A stretch of 64,000 nucleotides of DNA, taken from Bacteroidota bacterium. Lineage in GTDB: Bacteria; Bacteroidota; Bacteroidia; Flavobacteriales_E; Vicingaceae. The DNA lies in the NCBI GenBank assembly GCA_016183805.1, contig JACPDX010000034.1, positions 1,122 through 65,121 of the forward strand, given 5' to 3'. Shown here in pieces: positions 40,710 to 51,308 of the stretch; the first letter of the stretch is position 1, and the number at the start of each line of letters is the position of its first letter. Made by a program: the position numbers and the translations under genes. The notes under the pieces are model-generated. The model had not been told where the DNA came from, made no database searches, and worked only from the letters and a program-made list of their open reading frames with translations.

Positions 40710-41570
40710 ATGAATTTAAAAAATGTAAAAACAATCCTATTAGTATCAGTTTTAGTGCTGTTATTTTCTTGTAAAGATGAAGAAATGGAAAATAAAATTG
40801 CTGATTTAGAAAATCAAAATACAGAATTGAATAACGGTTCAACAGAAAAAGACAATCAAATTGAAACCTATATTCAGTCGTTGAATGAAATTCAAGACAA
40901 CTTGGCTGCAATTAAAGAAAAGCAAAAAATTGTTACTTCTAGCTTTAACATGGGAAAAGGTGAATTAAATACCAATGTTAAAGACATGATTATTAATGAT
41001 ATGGGTTTGATTAATAATTTATTGGAAGAAAACAAACAAAAACTTGCGTCCTTAAATTCCAGATTAAAAAAATCTAATTTAAAAATTACTGAATTAGAAA
41101 AAATGATTGAAAACATGGCTTCACAGCTTCAAGAAAAAGATGCTGAAATAGTTAGTTTACAAACACAATTAGCTAATGCCAATGAACAATTAAAAGTCTT
41201 GTTTGAGGAATACAACAACAGACTTGAAGAAATTGGAACTCAGACTGATAAAATGAATACCGCATATTATTGTTTTGGAACTTCTAAAGAACTTAAAGAA
41301 AAAGGAGTTTTAACCAAAGAAGGCGGTTTTATTGGACTAGGTAAATCTGAAAAATTATCTGCTGATTTTAACAAAGATTATTTTACCCAAATTGATATTA
41401 CTTTAATAAAATCTATCGATTTAAAAAGTAAAAAGGCTAAAGTGATTACTACTCATGCCACAGATTCGTATAAAATTGAAGGTGACAAAGTATCAGTTGA
41501 TAAACTGGTAATCACAAATCCGGAAAAATTTTGGGCATCTTCAAAATACTTGGTTATTGTTGTAGAGTAA
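40710..41570 (+). CDS. Coiled-coil surface lipoprotein (Cbp1-like)
   Basis: Lipobox LFS-C, long heptad region, YCFGTSKELK, ADFNKDYFTQIDI, FWASSKYLVIVV. Confidence 0.72.
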   Translation: MNLKNVKTILLVSVLVLLFSCKDEEMENKIADLENQNTELNNGSTEKDNQIETYIQSLNEIQDNLAAIKEKQKIVTSSFNMGKGELNTNVKDMIINDMGLINNLLEENKQKLASLNSRLKKSNLKITELEKMIENMASQLQEKDAEIVSLQTQLANANEQLKVLFEEYNNRLEEIGTQTDKMNTAYYCFGTSKELKEKGVLTKEGGFIGLGKSEKLSADFNKDYFTQIDITLIKSIDLKSKKAKVITTHATDSYKIEGDKVSVDKLVITNPEKFWASSKYLVIVVE

Positions 41571-41614
41571 AATAACATCGTAGCCCAAGTTTAAACTTGG
41601 GCTACGATGTTATT
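41571..41614. repeat. Perfect 44-bp REP-like palindrome between convergent genes
   Basis: AATAACATCGTAGCCCAAGTTT/AAACTTGGGCTACGATGTTATT; overlaps the GT4 stop. Confidence 0.8.
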
Positions 41615-42903
41615 TTATTTAAAAGAGTAGCAAAATCTCCTGCTAATTTTTTTCTACTGTATTTTTCGAAATCTTCGCTATTAATGTGGAGGTTTTGTTT
41701 TTTATACCCTTCGTAATATTGAGTTAAACTATTTTTTAATCCTTCATCATCATTAAAATCCACAACAACTCCAGCTTTCGATTCAAGTATTATTTTTGCT
41801 GAATCTCCGGCAGGTTTTCCAATACAAAGTATAGGACGTTTTGCACCTAAATATTCATATAATTTACCCGGCACAACCCCATTGATATTAGGGACATCAT
41901 TTAATGGTAAAAGCAATAATTGGGATTTAATTAATTCATCAATCACTAGTTGATGAGGAAGGTGGTTTATCCTATTTAAATTCGTTTCTAAACCAAAATG
42001 TTTGATATCATCAATTGCTGAAATATCAAGTTGCCCAATAAATTTAATTTCCAAATCTTCATCAAAACCAACAATTTCATTTTTCAACTCCTTTAAAACT
42101 TCCCACAATATTTTGGGGTTTCGATCTTCATTTAAAGAACCTGCATGAGTGATGGTGAATTTTGTATCTAAAATGGGATTTGATGGAGATTTAAAATCTT
42201 CAGGGTCAAAACCATTGGTAATAACTTCAACATCTCTATCAATCAATTTTTTAAAATCTTTTGCCCAGCTCCAACTAACTGTTACTATTTCAGTGGCATG
42301 TTGCAAAACTTTTTGTTCAAGTTTACGATGTTTTTTATCTGCCCATTTTGATAGCATTAATTTGTGATAAAAGTCGATGTTTGTCCAAGGGTCTCTAAAA
42401 TCGGCTATCCAAGGAATTTTATGTTTTTTGGTTATGTTATATGCAATAAGATGAGTAGAGTGAGGTGGTCCGGTCGAAATAATGGCATCAATTTTATGTG
42501 TAGCCAAATAATTGATAAGAAATTTGCTCGATGGTTTTATCCAAAACATTCGAGCATCGGGAATAAACACATTTCCACGAACCCAAACCGACAGTTTTTG
42601 TAATGCTGAATTTCCTTTACTTTCTTGTCCTAATCCTGGAGCAATTTTTTCGTCTTTATGTTTGCCTAATAATTTTTTATAAAGTGAAAAAGGTTCCCAT
42701 ATCGGTACTCTTAACGTTTCAATGTTTTTTGGGATTTCACTTAGCATACTTTCATCAACGACCGATGCCTCGCCATTTTCAGTTGTGAAAATCACAGGTT
42801 CCCAACCAAAATCTCTCAAATATTTGGTAGTTTTTAACCAACGCTGAACTCCACCTCCACCCATAGGAGGCCAATAATAAGTAATGATTAAAACTTTTTT
42901 CAT
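41602..42903 (-). CDS. GT4-family glycosyltransferase
   Basis: VLIITYYWPPMGGGGVQRW, STGPPHS, ADFRDPW, PGKLYEYL; ATG 42903 preferred. Confidence 0.9.
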   Translation of the reverse strand: MKKVLIITYYWPPMGGGGVQRWLKTTKYLRDFGWEPVIFTTENGEASVVDESMLSEIPKNIETLRVPIWEPFSLYKKLLGKHKDEKIAPGLGQESKGNSALQKLSVWVRGNVFIPDARMFWIKPSSKFLINYLATHKIDAIISTGPPHSTHLIAYNITKKHKIPWIADFRDPWTNIDFYHKLMLSKWADKKHRKLEQKVLQHATEIVTVSWSWAKDFKKLIDRDVEVITNGFDPEDFKSPSNPILDTKFTITHAGSLNEDRNPKILWEVLKELKNEIVGFDEDLEIKFIGQLDISAIDDIKHFGLETNLNRINHLPHQLVIDELIKSQLLLLPLNDVPNINGVVPGKLYEYLGAKRPILCIGKPAGDSAKIILESKAGVVVDFNDDEGLKNSLTQYYEGYKKQNLHINSEDFEKYSRKKLAGDFATLLNKITS

Positions 42904-42910
42904 GAATAAA

Positions 42911-43909
42911 TTAAAATTTAGCACATGGAGCAAAAAACTTTGCTTTTCTCTTTTTTTTCTTTTTTGTAGCTATCTCGTAAATTAAAGATATCTCATGTGA
43001 TCCATATGAGTTTGCTGCTAATCTAGAAATAGTTGCGTCATAACTATATCCAATACTCATGTTCAAATCGATAAACGAATAGCCTAAAATTATTGAAACT
43101 GCATCGTTGTTAAGAACACCTTCATAAGACTTTATTAAAGGGAGCCCTCTATACCAAACACCAAAAACAAAAGGTTCTTGAGTGTAATATAAACCTAAAT
43201 CAAGTTGGTCGAATTTATTTTGTGCTTTATAATGAAAAGCTACATTAAAGTATTTAGCGGTATTTCTTTTTTCTCCATCGGCTAAGGTGTATTTATATCC
43301 ACCATGAGCAGAAAATTTCAAGTATAGAGGGCTCTCATTGTTGGTTAACGATTGGTTGGGTTGATTGATATGGTTAAAAGCAAAACCTCCCCAAAATTTC
43401 TCATTGTACAATAAAATACCAGTACCAAGGTCTAGATAAGACTGATTTTCTAAAGCAAATGATTCGGTTGTGACTCCATCGGTATAAAGTTGGTCGTTAA
43501 AAATTAAGTCAGAATAATCTAAACCAGTTCGGATGTAATTAAATTTTAAACCCGGTTGAATCCAAACTTTTTCTTTTAATTGAAATCGGTATGCGTATAA
43601 TGCTCCAATTTGTGTTGTGGTTAAAGGCGATGAGCCAGCTCGTTCTTGCCCAACTAATAATCCTATTCCACTATTAAATTCTGCAAGGTTGTAATCATAC
43701 GAAAACAGCATGTTGTTAAAATGACCAGGAATTCCAGCCCACTGATTTCGATAATTTGCGATAAAACGATGTTCAATAGTTGAACCAGTAAATCCAGGAT
43801 TCAAATATAAAGGAGCAGCATTAAATTGAGTGAATTGCATGTCTTGTGCAAATCCAAAAATGGAAAAGCAAATAAGAATTAATGACAGTATTAACCTTAG
43901 TTGAAGCAA
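42911..43909 (-). CDS. PorP/SprF-family T9SS outer-membrane protein
   Basis: QDMQFTQF..APLYLNPGFTG, YRNQWAGIP, IGYSYD, GSHEISL. Confidence 0.92.
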   Translation of the reverse strand: MLQLRLILSLILICFSIFGFAQDMQFTQFNAAPLYLNPGFTGSTIEHRFIANYRNQWAGIPGHFNNMLFSYDYNLAEFNSGIGLLVGQERAGSSPLTTTQIGALYAYRFQLKEKVWIQPGLKFNYIRTGLDYSDLIFNDQLYTDGVTTESFALENQSYLDLGTGILLYNEKFWGGFAFNHINQPNQSLTNNESPLYLKFSAHGGYKYTLADGEKRNTAKYFNVAFHYKAQNKFDQLDLGLYYTQEPFVFGVWYRGLPLIKSYEGVLNNDAVSIILGYSFIDLNMSIGYSYDATISRLAANSYGSHEISLIYEIATKKKKKRKAKFFAPCAKF

Positions 43910-45445
43910 TTATTTTTTTTGTAATTTAAAAATGATTGGGTTACTACTTTTAATGTCGTAAACTAAATCTTCTGTTTTTGGATGATAGCCTTCTGCTTGA
44001 ATTACATAATTGTATGTTTTCTCAGGTTCAACAAGCATGATAAATTTTCCACTACCTTCTTTTGATTTATAAATCCCTTGAATTTTTGCTGTTTCGTTTT
44101 CAATTAAAGTAATTTTTGCAGATATTGGGGATGAATCACTCTCGCTGTAAACTTCCCCTTTTATAACTTGAAGTTGCTCAAACTCATCTTTTAAAACCAC
44201 TTTATAAATGTCTTGACCACCATAACCGCCTTGTTGTGCAGAAGAATAATAACCAATTTTACCATCCGCTGCTAATACAAAGAAAATATCATCGGTTACC
44301 GTATTTATTGGATATCGAAGGTTATCCGGATTTGTCCACACACCATTCTCGTCAATCTTTGTTTTAAAAATGTCATATCCTCCCATGTTTTGATGCCCGG
44401 TAGAACTGAAATAAAGTGTTTTTCCATCAGAATGAATAAAAGGAGCATCTTCATCCTGTTCAGTATTTATTGTTGGCCCAAGATTTTGAGCTTTTCCCCA
44501 TGTTCCGTTTGGAAGTCTTTCTACCTTATAAATATCTTTTCCTCCAAAACCACCTTCTCGATTGCTTGAAAAATAGATAATTTTGTCGTTTGCAGTAATA
44601 GATGCACTAGTTTCAACAAAACCCGAATTTATGTTGTCAGGAAGTTTAATTGGAGTTTCCCATTCATCTAAACCCATTCTGCTTTCGTATAAACTTCCCG
44701 AGTATAAATCGGGGTTAGTTCTAAAAATAAATAATAATTGTCCATCGGGTGATAATCCAGCACAAGCATCATTGGTTTCAGTATTTATTCCTGCTTTCAT
44801 TTGGACCGGTTTTTCCCATGAATTGCCGGATTTTTTTGAATAATAAATGTCTTCAAAAAATCTACCATTTGGGTCGAGCTTATTACCTGTACTTTCAGGT
44901 CTTCGTGAGGTAAAATACATAGCTCCTTCATCAGCAGATATTAACGGAACATATTCATCATATTTGGAGTTAATAATTGCACCAACATTTTGAATAGCAA
45001 CATTTCTAGGTTTTGAAATAACTTCTTCAGCATAAATCGACTTATTAATTAATCTGTTTATTTCGTCATTTGTTAAATCTTTTTTACCATTAATAATTTT
45101 GTAACCGTTATAAAAGTTGATGGCTTTTTTAAATTTTTGCTGAATATGAGCTATTGCCGCTTTATATCGGAACAATTCTAGACTTACGCCACTTGTGGTC
45201 TTTAAAAAATAATCTTCAGCGTTTTGATATTTTTTTAATTCATAATAACAAACGCCCAGTTTAAAGGCTGTTGTAGTATTGGTCGAATCCAAGCTATATG
45301 CTTTTAGGAACAATTGTTCGGCTCCAAAATAATCCTGAACATTAAACTTGTCTTCGGCAGATTTTAGAATTTTTTTAATATCTACGTCTTGGCTAAACGC
45401 ACAAAAACAAATTGATATTAAACTAACTAATAGTAGTTTTTTCAT
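43910..45445 (-). CDS. TPR + PD40 repeat protein (PorE-like architecture without OmpA domain)
   Basis: N-terminal TPRs; PD40 repeats (INSKYDEYVP, YFSSNREGGFGGKDIY, GYDIF, GGQDIY); ends after a CarboxypepD-reg-like domain. Confidence 0.82.
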   Translation of the reverse strand: MKKLLLVSLISICFCAFSQDVDIKKILKSAEDKFNVQDYFGAEQLFLKAYSLDSTNTTTAFKLGVCYYELKKYQNAEDYFLKTTSGVSLELFRYKAAIAHIQQKFKKAINFYNGYKIINGKKDLTNDEINRLINKSIYAEEVISKPRNVAIQNVGAIINSKYDEYVPLISADEGAMYFTSRRPESTGNKLDPNGRFFEDIYYSKKSGNSWEKPVQMKAGINTETNDACAGLSPDGQLLFIFRTNPDLYSGSLYESRMGLDEWETPIKLPDNINSGFVETSASITANDKIIYFSSNREGGFGGKDIYKVERLPNGTWGKAQNLGPTINTEQDEDAPFIHSDGKTLYFSSTGHQNMGGYDIFKTKIDENGVWTNPDNLRYPINTVTDDIFFVLAADGKIGYYSSAQQGGYGGQDIYKVVLKDEFEQLQVIKGEVYSESDSSPISAKITLIENETAKIQGIYKSKEGSGKFIMLVEPEKTYNYVIQAEGYHPKTEDLVYDIKSSNPIIFKLQKK

Positions 45446-45450
45446 TTTTT

Positions 45451-48400
45451 TTATCTTAATAATGTAATATCGCCTACAAATGTTTCAGATCTACCATCTA
45501 CAAATGTAACTTGAATTTTATATACATACACATCTTGTTGTACGAGTTTTTCACGATAATAACCATCCCAACCAATTTTAATGTCGTTACTCACAAAAAG
45601 TAATTCTCCCCACTTATTAAAAACATTCAATTCATAGGTTTCAGCACCAAATATGATTGGGTGAAAAACATCGTTATCAAGATTTCCTGCAACTATAATT
45701 CCGCCTGTACTACCGCCAGAATTTGGAGTAAATGCGTTTGGTATTTTTATAATTCCTTCTGCTTTTGCTTCAACTGCCGAAACTATTCTAAAAGTATCTT
45801 TACAGTTATTTATTGATGTGGCAATTAATGAAATATCAAAAAATCCGGGCTGTGTATAAAAATGTTGTGGGTTTAAATCGGACGAAGTAGTTCCATCACC
45901 AAAATCCCATGCATAAGTTGATGCAAATTCACTTAGATTGTAAAGGGAAATTGCCTGACTAGGAATAGTTACCACCGAAGGGGTTACTGTGAAAAATGCA
46001 CTTGGAATTTGATAAACTTCAATAATTTGTGTTTGTATTTGAGTGTCAACTCCACCATCGCCAGTTGCTGTTAATGTTACAGAATAAATACCGGGATTAT
46101 AATAGGTATAATTAGGATTAACTTGAGTCGAAAAATCTCCATTTCCAAAATTCCAAGTGTATTGATTGGCGTAAAGCGAATTATTAACAAACTGAACCCG
46201 TAAAGGACGACAACCTGTTGCTGATCCATTAAAACTTGCTATGGGAACAGGTGGGATAATTTGTATAGTTTGAAAAGCTGTATCAGAACAATAAGTACCA
46301 CTTACAATAACACTTATATCAAAATCACCCCAAGTTGCATAAATGTGATTTGGTGGAGAAGGTAAAATGGATGTTGTGGTATCTCCATAATTCCAATTGT
46401 ATTGCCATGTTCCAAAAGAGGTGGTGTTGGATATGGATATAGCAGTACTTGGAAAAGTCTGACTAGAAGGAGAGGCAATAAATGAAGCAACAGGCGTAGT
46501 GTGTACAGTAATGTTTTGATATAATGTATCTCTACATCCATAAAAAGATTCGGCAATTAAACTCGCTGCATAAGTAATGTCAGATGGGGAAGTGTTAGTA
46601 TATACATGGCTTGGACTAGGGGCATTATCTAATGCTGAACCATCGCCGAAATTCCAAATAAACGTATTTGCTCCTATGGAAGTATTTACAAAATTAATTG
46701 TTAACGGACTACAGCCTGAAGAATCTGAAATAAAATTAGCGACAATTTCGGGATAAACAGTAATGGTTTGAGTCGCCGTATCTAAGCAACCATTGGTTGT
46801 TTCCGAAATGAGCGTAATGGTGTAGTTTTGTACAACTCCGGTATTGTTAACATAGGTATAATTAAAATTTGGAGCTAACGTATCGAAAACAGTTCCGTTA
46901 CCTAAATTCCAGTGGAAAATATTACCATTTGATGAGTTGTTGCTTATTGTTATTGGAAGTGGTTGGCAACCAACAATAGTATTTGTGTTAAATAATGCAA
47001 TAGTTGGTGGATACACCAAAATCTGTTGAAAAACAGTATCAAAACAACCATAAACAGATTCAATAATTAATCTCACATTAAAATATTGATTTACAACTCC
47101 TGTATTAATAAATTGATGTGTTGGGTTTGGTGAATTATTTATTGGTGAACCATCACCAAAATCCCAATAATGATTGACTGCACCAATTGATAAACTCGTA
47201 AATGTTGTTGTAAATGGAGTACATCCAAAAGTATCTGCCTGCATTAATGCTGTAACATCCGGATAAATAGTTATTAGCTGGGTTGCGGTATCTTTACAGC
47301 CTTGATTGGTTTCTGCTATTAATGTGGTGTTTATATTTTGTAACATACCACTGGTATTGGTGTAAATATGAGTAAAACTAGAACTAAGTGTATCAAAAGT
47401 TGTTCCATCACCTAAATTCCAATGATAGAAAGAACCTCCGGTTGAATTATTGGTAAAAGTTATAGGAAAAGGATGACAACCATTGGTATCATTTACGGTA
47501 TATTGTGCCAAAGGGTTTGGAAAAACTAAAACCTGACCATAAGTGGTGTCTGTACATCCAAAAGGTGATGTTGCAGATAAGGTAACATTATATATTAAAT
47601 TGTTGGTTAAATTGTTGGTAAAAGTATGACTTGGAGTAGGTCCGGAACCGATAGTACCATCACCAAAATCCCAGTTGTAGACAACCGCTCCAATAACTGA
47701 AGGAAAAGTAACAACTAAAGGGCTACAACCTGAATCTGGGCTAATACTAAAACCAAATTGCGGTTCAGGATAAACAGTAATGGTTTTTGTTATTGTATCT
47801 AAACAGCCGTTTGAGCTAGTAGCGGTAAGAAGTATTGTGTAATTATTGATGAACAATGTTAGGTTTTGATAAATATGAGTGGGGTTATTACTGTTATTAA
47901 TTGGAGAACCATCACCAAAATCCCATGTTTGAGAAACATGCCCGGTGGAAGTGTTGGTAAAATTGACCACCAAAGGGGCACAATCCAACAAGGCATTATC
48001 AGTAAATGAAGCTATTGGGTTTGGAAAAACAGTGATAGGATTTATAGAAGTATCGGTGCATCCAAAAGTAGTTTGAGCAATTAATTGAACTTGATAAGTG
48101 GTATCTGTTCCAAAAGTGTTGGTAAAAAGATGAGAAGGGTTTGAATTGGTATCTAAGGGAGAGCCATCACCAAAATTCCAAGAAAAATTAACGGCATTTA
48201 TTGATGAAGTATTAGTGAAATTAACCAATAAATCAGCACAACCATTGTTTGTGTCGGTAGTAAAATTTGCAACAGGAATGTTTTCAACGTTAATTTGAAC
48301 GGTATCGGTTCCCGAACAGAAGGCTGTATTCACTATCAAAATCATGTCGTAGAAACCGGGCAGACTATAAATATGATTTGGATTTTGCTGAGTGCTTGTT

Positions 48401-49992
48401 GTACCATCATCGAAATCCCAATTCCATGAAATTATCGGGTCGCCAATGGCTGATGTTGAGTTGTCAAAAAATGTAGCTATAGCATTTACACATACACTTG
48501 TTGGCGTAAAAGCAGGTACAGGTGATTGGTAAACCGTTAAAACCCTTGTTCTGCTATGAGTACATCCATTTAAATTTTCAACGGTAAGTTGAACATTATA
48601 ATTTCCGGGTGAGCCATAAAATTGTGTGGGTGGGTTTTGTAGTGTGCTTGTGACGGTATTCCCAAAATCCCAATTCCACGAAATAGCGTCGGCTGATGAA
48701 GTATTCGTAAAATTAACGTACATACTGTCGCAACCATTATTGTTGTCGAAAGTAAAATTGGCCACAGGGCTATTTAAAACATGTAAGTTAACAGAAGCAG
48801 TATCAGAACAGCCTCCACTTCCACCTGTAATATTTGCAACAATATTAATGATGTAATCACCAGAATTGGCATAAGTATGAGTTACATTTCCTCCAGCGGA
48901 AGCAATCCAACCTGAACCATCGCCAAAATTCCAAAAATAAGAGTTGGCTCCGACTCCCGATAAATTATTGAAAGTAACAGTTTGTCCTTCACAAATGGTA
49001 TCAATGGAAGCTGCTAATGCTGCAAAAGGAGGGGCTACAATTTGGATAGTAATGTATGCAGTATCTAAACCACAAAAACTACTGTCCACCATCATTACAT
49101 CATAAGTGCCAATTCCAGGATATGCCATGGTATAGGGCAGAGCAGGAGGCCAAGGCACCCATCCCACAATAGAATCGTAACCATTTCCCCAGTAATCGCC
49201 AAAATTCCACCATTCGTAACGTTGGGCAATATTTCCTTGAGCTAAACAATTTCTATTGGTAATATTATTAAAAGTAACTTGAGTATCGGGGTAACACAAT
49301 AAAGTTGCAGAAGCATTTATTGCAGCATCATCAATGTCCCAAATTCGTATTGGATTAAATGTTGCGGTACTACTTCCTCCTTGTACAGTATTACAATAAT
49401 TTTCGGCAGTTAAAGTTACTTGAGTAACACAATTAACGGTTCCTTGTAAATAGGTATGAGAAATGGTTTGCCCAACGTTGGTGTAATCGGTAATTAAAAG
49501 AGGGCTTCCATCTCCAAAATCCCAAGTAAATGTTGTAGTTTGAGAAGTGTTTGTACTGCTATTTATAAATTCTAAAGGCGATGGAGCACAAGTTTGAGTT
49601 AACCCACCAACAGGAATTTGAATAGACGCACTTGTTGCTTGTTCCATAACTACAACTCCTTGTATGATACACCCTGTTGAGGTTTCTGTAAACACCACAT
49701 TAAACGTATCAACGGTAGAATTATAAAGGTGAGAGATGTTATTACCCGGTATTAGAGAAGCTCCATTGCTAATGGGACTTCCATCACCCCAATCTATTGT
49801 CCAGCTCCCAATTACATCTGGAGAATTAATGTTTAAGGTAAAGTTGTTACCGCTACAATCAAACCAATATGGATTATTGTTTGGGTTACCGTAAAAATCG
49901 TTAAGTTGTGGACATTGGGCAAATATGGAACTGCTACTTATAAAAAGCATTAGAATAACGACATATTTCACCATGTGTTTTATCATTCTCAA
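45451..49992 (-). CDS. Multi-PKD-domain protein with type-B (gliding-motility-associated) C-terminal domain
   Basis: Many WDFGDG/WNFGDG PKD repeats; CTD IPNAFTPN...NDVF...FNKWGELLF...GWDG...DVYVYKI...GDITLLR; start may be ATG 49986 or 49974. Confidence 0.93.
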   Translation of the reverse strand: MRMIKHMVKYVVILMLFISSSSIFAQCPQLNDFYGNPNNNPYWFDCSGNNFTLNINSPDVIGSWTIDWGDGSPISNGASLIPGNNISHLYNSTVDTFNVVFTETSTGCIIQGVVVMEQATSASIQIPVGGLTQTCAPSPLEFINSSTNTSQTTTFTWDFGDGSPLLITDYTNVGQTISHTYLQGTVNCVTQVTLTAENYCNTVQGGSSTATFNPIRIWDIDDAAINASATLLCYPDTQVTFNNITNRNCLAQGNIAQRYEWWNFGDYWGNGYDSIVGWVPWPPALPYTMAYPGIGTYDVMMVDSSFCGLDTAYITIQIVAPPFAALAASIDTICEGQTVTFNNLSGVGANSYFWNFGDGSGWIASAGGNVTHTYANSGDYIINIVANITGGSGGCSDTASVNLHVLNSPVANFTFDNNNGCDSMYVNFTNTSSADAISWNWDFGNTVTSTLQNPPTQFYGSPGNYNVQLTVENLNGCTHSRTRVLTVYQSPVPAFTPTSVCVNAIATFFDNSTSAIGDPIISWNWDFDDGTTSTQQNPNHIYSLPGFYDMILIVNTAFCSGTDTVQINVENIPVANFTTDTNNGCADLLVNFTNTSSINAVNFSWNFGDGSPLDTNSNPSHLFTNTFGTDTTYQVQLIAQTTFGCTDTSINPITVFPNPIASFTDNALLDCAPLVVNFTNTSTGHVSQTWDFGDGSPINNSNNPTHIYQNLTLFINNYTILLTATSSNGCLDTITKTITVYPEPQFGFSISPDSGCSPLVVTFPSVIGAVVYNWDFGDGTIGSGPTPSHTFTNNLTNNLIYNVTLSATSPFGCTDTTYGQVLVFPNPLAQYTVNDTNGCHPFPITFTNNSTGGSFYHWNLGDGTTFDTLSSSFTHIYTNTSGMLQNINTTLIAETNQGCKDTATQLITIYPDVTALMQADTFGCTPFTTTFTSLSIGAVNHYWDFGDGSPINNSPNPTHQFINTGVVNQYFNVRLIIESVYGCFDTVFQQILVYPPTIALFNTNTIVGCQPLPITISNNSSNGNIFHWNLGNGTVFDTLAPNFNYTYVNNTGVVQNYTITLISETTNGCLDTATQTITVYPEIVANFISDSSGCSPLTINFVNTSIGANTFIWNFGDGSALDNAPSPSHVYTNTSPSDITYAASLIAESFYGCRDTLYQNITVHTTPVASFIASPSSQTFPSTAISISNTTSFGTWQYNWNYGDTTTSILPSPPNHIYATWGDFDISVIVSGTYCSDTAFQTIQIIPPVPIASFNGSATGCRPLRVQFVNNSLYANQYTWNFGNGDFSTQVNPNYTYYNPGIYSVTLTATGDGGVDTQIQTQIIEVYQIPSAFFTVTPSVVTIPSQAISLYNLSEFASTYAWDFGDGTTSSDLNPQHFYTQPGFFDISLIATSINNCKDTFRIVSAVEAKAEGIIKIPNAFTPNSGGSTGGIIVAGNLDNDVFHPIIFGAETYELNVFNKWGELLFVSNDIKIGWDGYYREKLVQQDVYVYKIQVTFVDGRSETFVGDITLLR

Positions 49993-50035
49993 TTAATACG
50001 TAAATTTGCAAAAAAAGGTACAGATAATCAAGGTT

Positions 50036-51268
50036 TTAACCTTTAAAAGTGATGAATAAAAAATATATCGTAAAACCAATAAAATAAATTATTCCCATAC
50101 CACTCAATATTTTCATGTAAATGTTGGGTTGATGTTCTTTAGGAACCTCGGAACTGGTAATGACCATATAATTTAAAATTGCAATAACAGGAGAGGTCAT
50201 AAAGGCTAAAATGGTTGTAAAATCGATTAATGTTCGCATGTTTGTCATAAAATAAGCAATAATAATGGTTACCCCAAATAATAATAGAATTAACCAAATC
50301 CAATATTGTCTTTTTTCATTAATGTTTGGGTTCAATAGTTTTAAGGTGGACGCTAAAATTCTTGGTTGAGCATCTAAACAAGTTATAGTTGTACTTAACA
50401 TGGTTGTAAAAGCAGCTAAAGCTATTATTATATAACTCCAAGAACCAATATTTTTAGTATAAATGTTGATTAATTGAGTTGCAAATTTTGGAGCACTTTT
50501 TTCTAATTCAATACCCGAACCGTATATTGACAATGCACCAAGAGCCACAAAACAGAGAGCTAAAACTAACGTGCCCCAGTAGCCAATATTAAAATCCAAC
50601 AACGAAGATTTTAGTTTAAACTTTTTAGTTTCTTTCATTTTTTCAACCGTCCATAACGAATGCCAAACGGATAAATCTAATGGTGCCGGCATCCAACCCA
50701 TTAAAGCAATTAAAAATAAAATATGTGATTTGTCACTGAAAGAAAATGAAGTCATGTATTCCTGATATTGAATATTGTTTCCTGTAAAAGCTGCAACAAG
50801 AGCAATAATGGTTGAAATACTTAATACCAGAATAATCACTTTCATGCTTTTATCAAGCATTTTAAATTTACCTAAAAGTAATATTAGGGTGCAGATTAAA
50901 AGTAAAATGAAAGAAACTAACCACAGCGGAATGGTAAGACCTGTTATTTCTGATGCGATACCGGCAGTAACAATAGTAACAGTAGATTGAATAATAAACA
51001 TGCTGCTAAATGTGATGGCAAGAAATAAATAAATGGGCCATTTACCAAGCGACATGTAACCTTGCAACAAGTTTTTTCCGGTAACAGAAGCATATCTGGG
51101 GCCGTATTCAAAAAATGGATATTTTAAAACATTTGCAAACACAACTGCCCAAACCAATCCATAACCAAATTCTGCTCCGGCTCTTGTGGATTGCACCAAG
51201 TGAGAAACGCCAATGGCAGCACCAGCATAAAGTAATCCTGGACCAAGTATTTTATACCATTTACTCAT
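50036..51268 (-). CDS. Nramp-related (APC-fold) membrane transporter
   Basis: GPGLLYAGAAIGVSHLVQSTRAGAEFG, MGWMPAP, multi-pass; lacks canonical DPGN. Confidence 0.78.
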   Translation of the reverse strand: MSKWYKILGPGLLYAGAAIGVSHLVQSTRAGAEFGYGLVWAVVFANVLKYPFFEYGPRYASVTGKNLLQGYMSLGKWPIYLFLAITFSSMFIIQSTVTIVTAGIASEITGLTIPLWLVSFILLLICTLILLLGKFKMLDKSMKVIILVLSISTIIALVAAFTGNNIQYQEYMTSFSFSDKSHILFLIALMGWMPAPLDLSVWHSLWTVEKMKETKKFKLKSSLLDFNIGYWGTLVLALCFVALGALSIYGSGIELEKSAPKFATQLINIYTKNIGSWSYIIIALAAFTTMLSTTITCLDAQPRILASTLKLLNPNINEKRQYWIWLILLLFGVTIIIAYFMTNMRTLIDFTTILAFMTSPVIAILNYMVITSSEVPKEHQPNIYMKILSGMGIIYFIGFTIYFLFITFKG

Positions 51269-51308
51269 AACACGAAAAAAAAACTAAGGTAATATAAAAA
51301 CTTTGATA

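Noticed and set aside
50001-50009. TAAATTTGC promoter-like word pointing antisense into the Nramp-like gene
   Set aside because: Such words are frequent at Bacteroidota gene ends; no supporting -33 element was established
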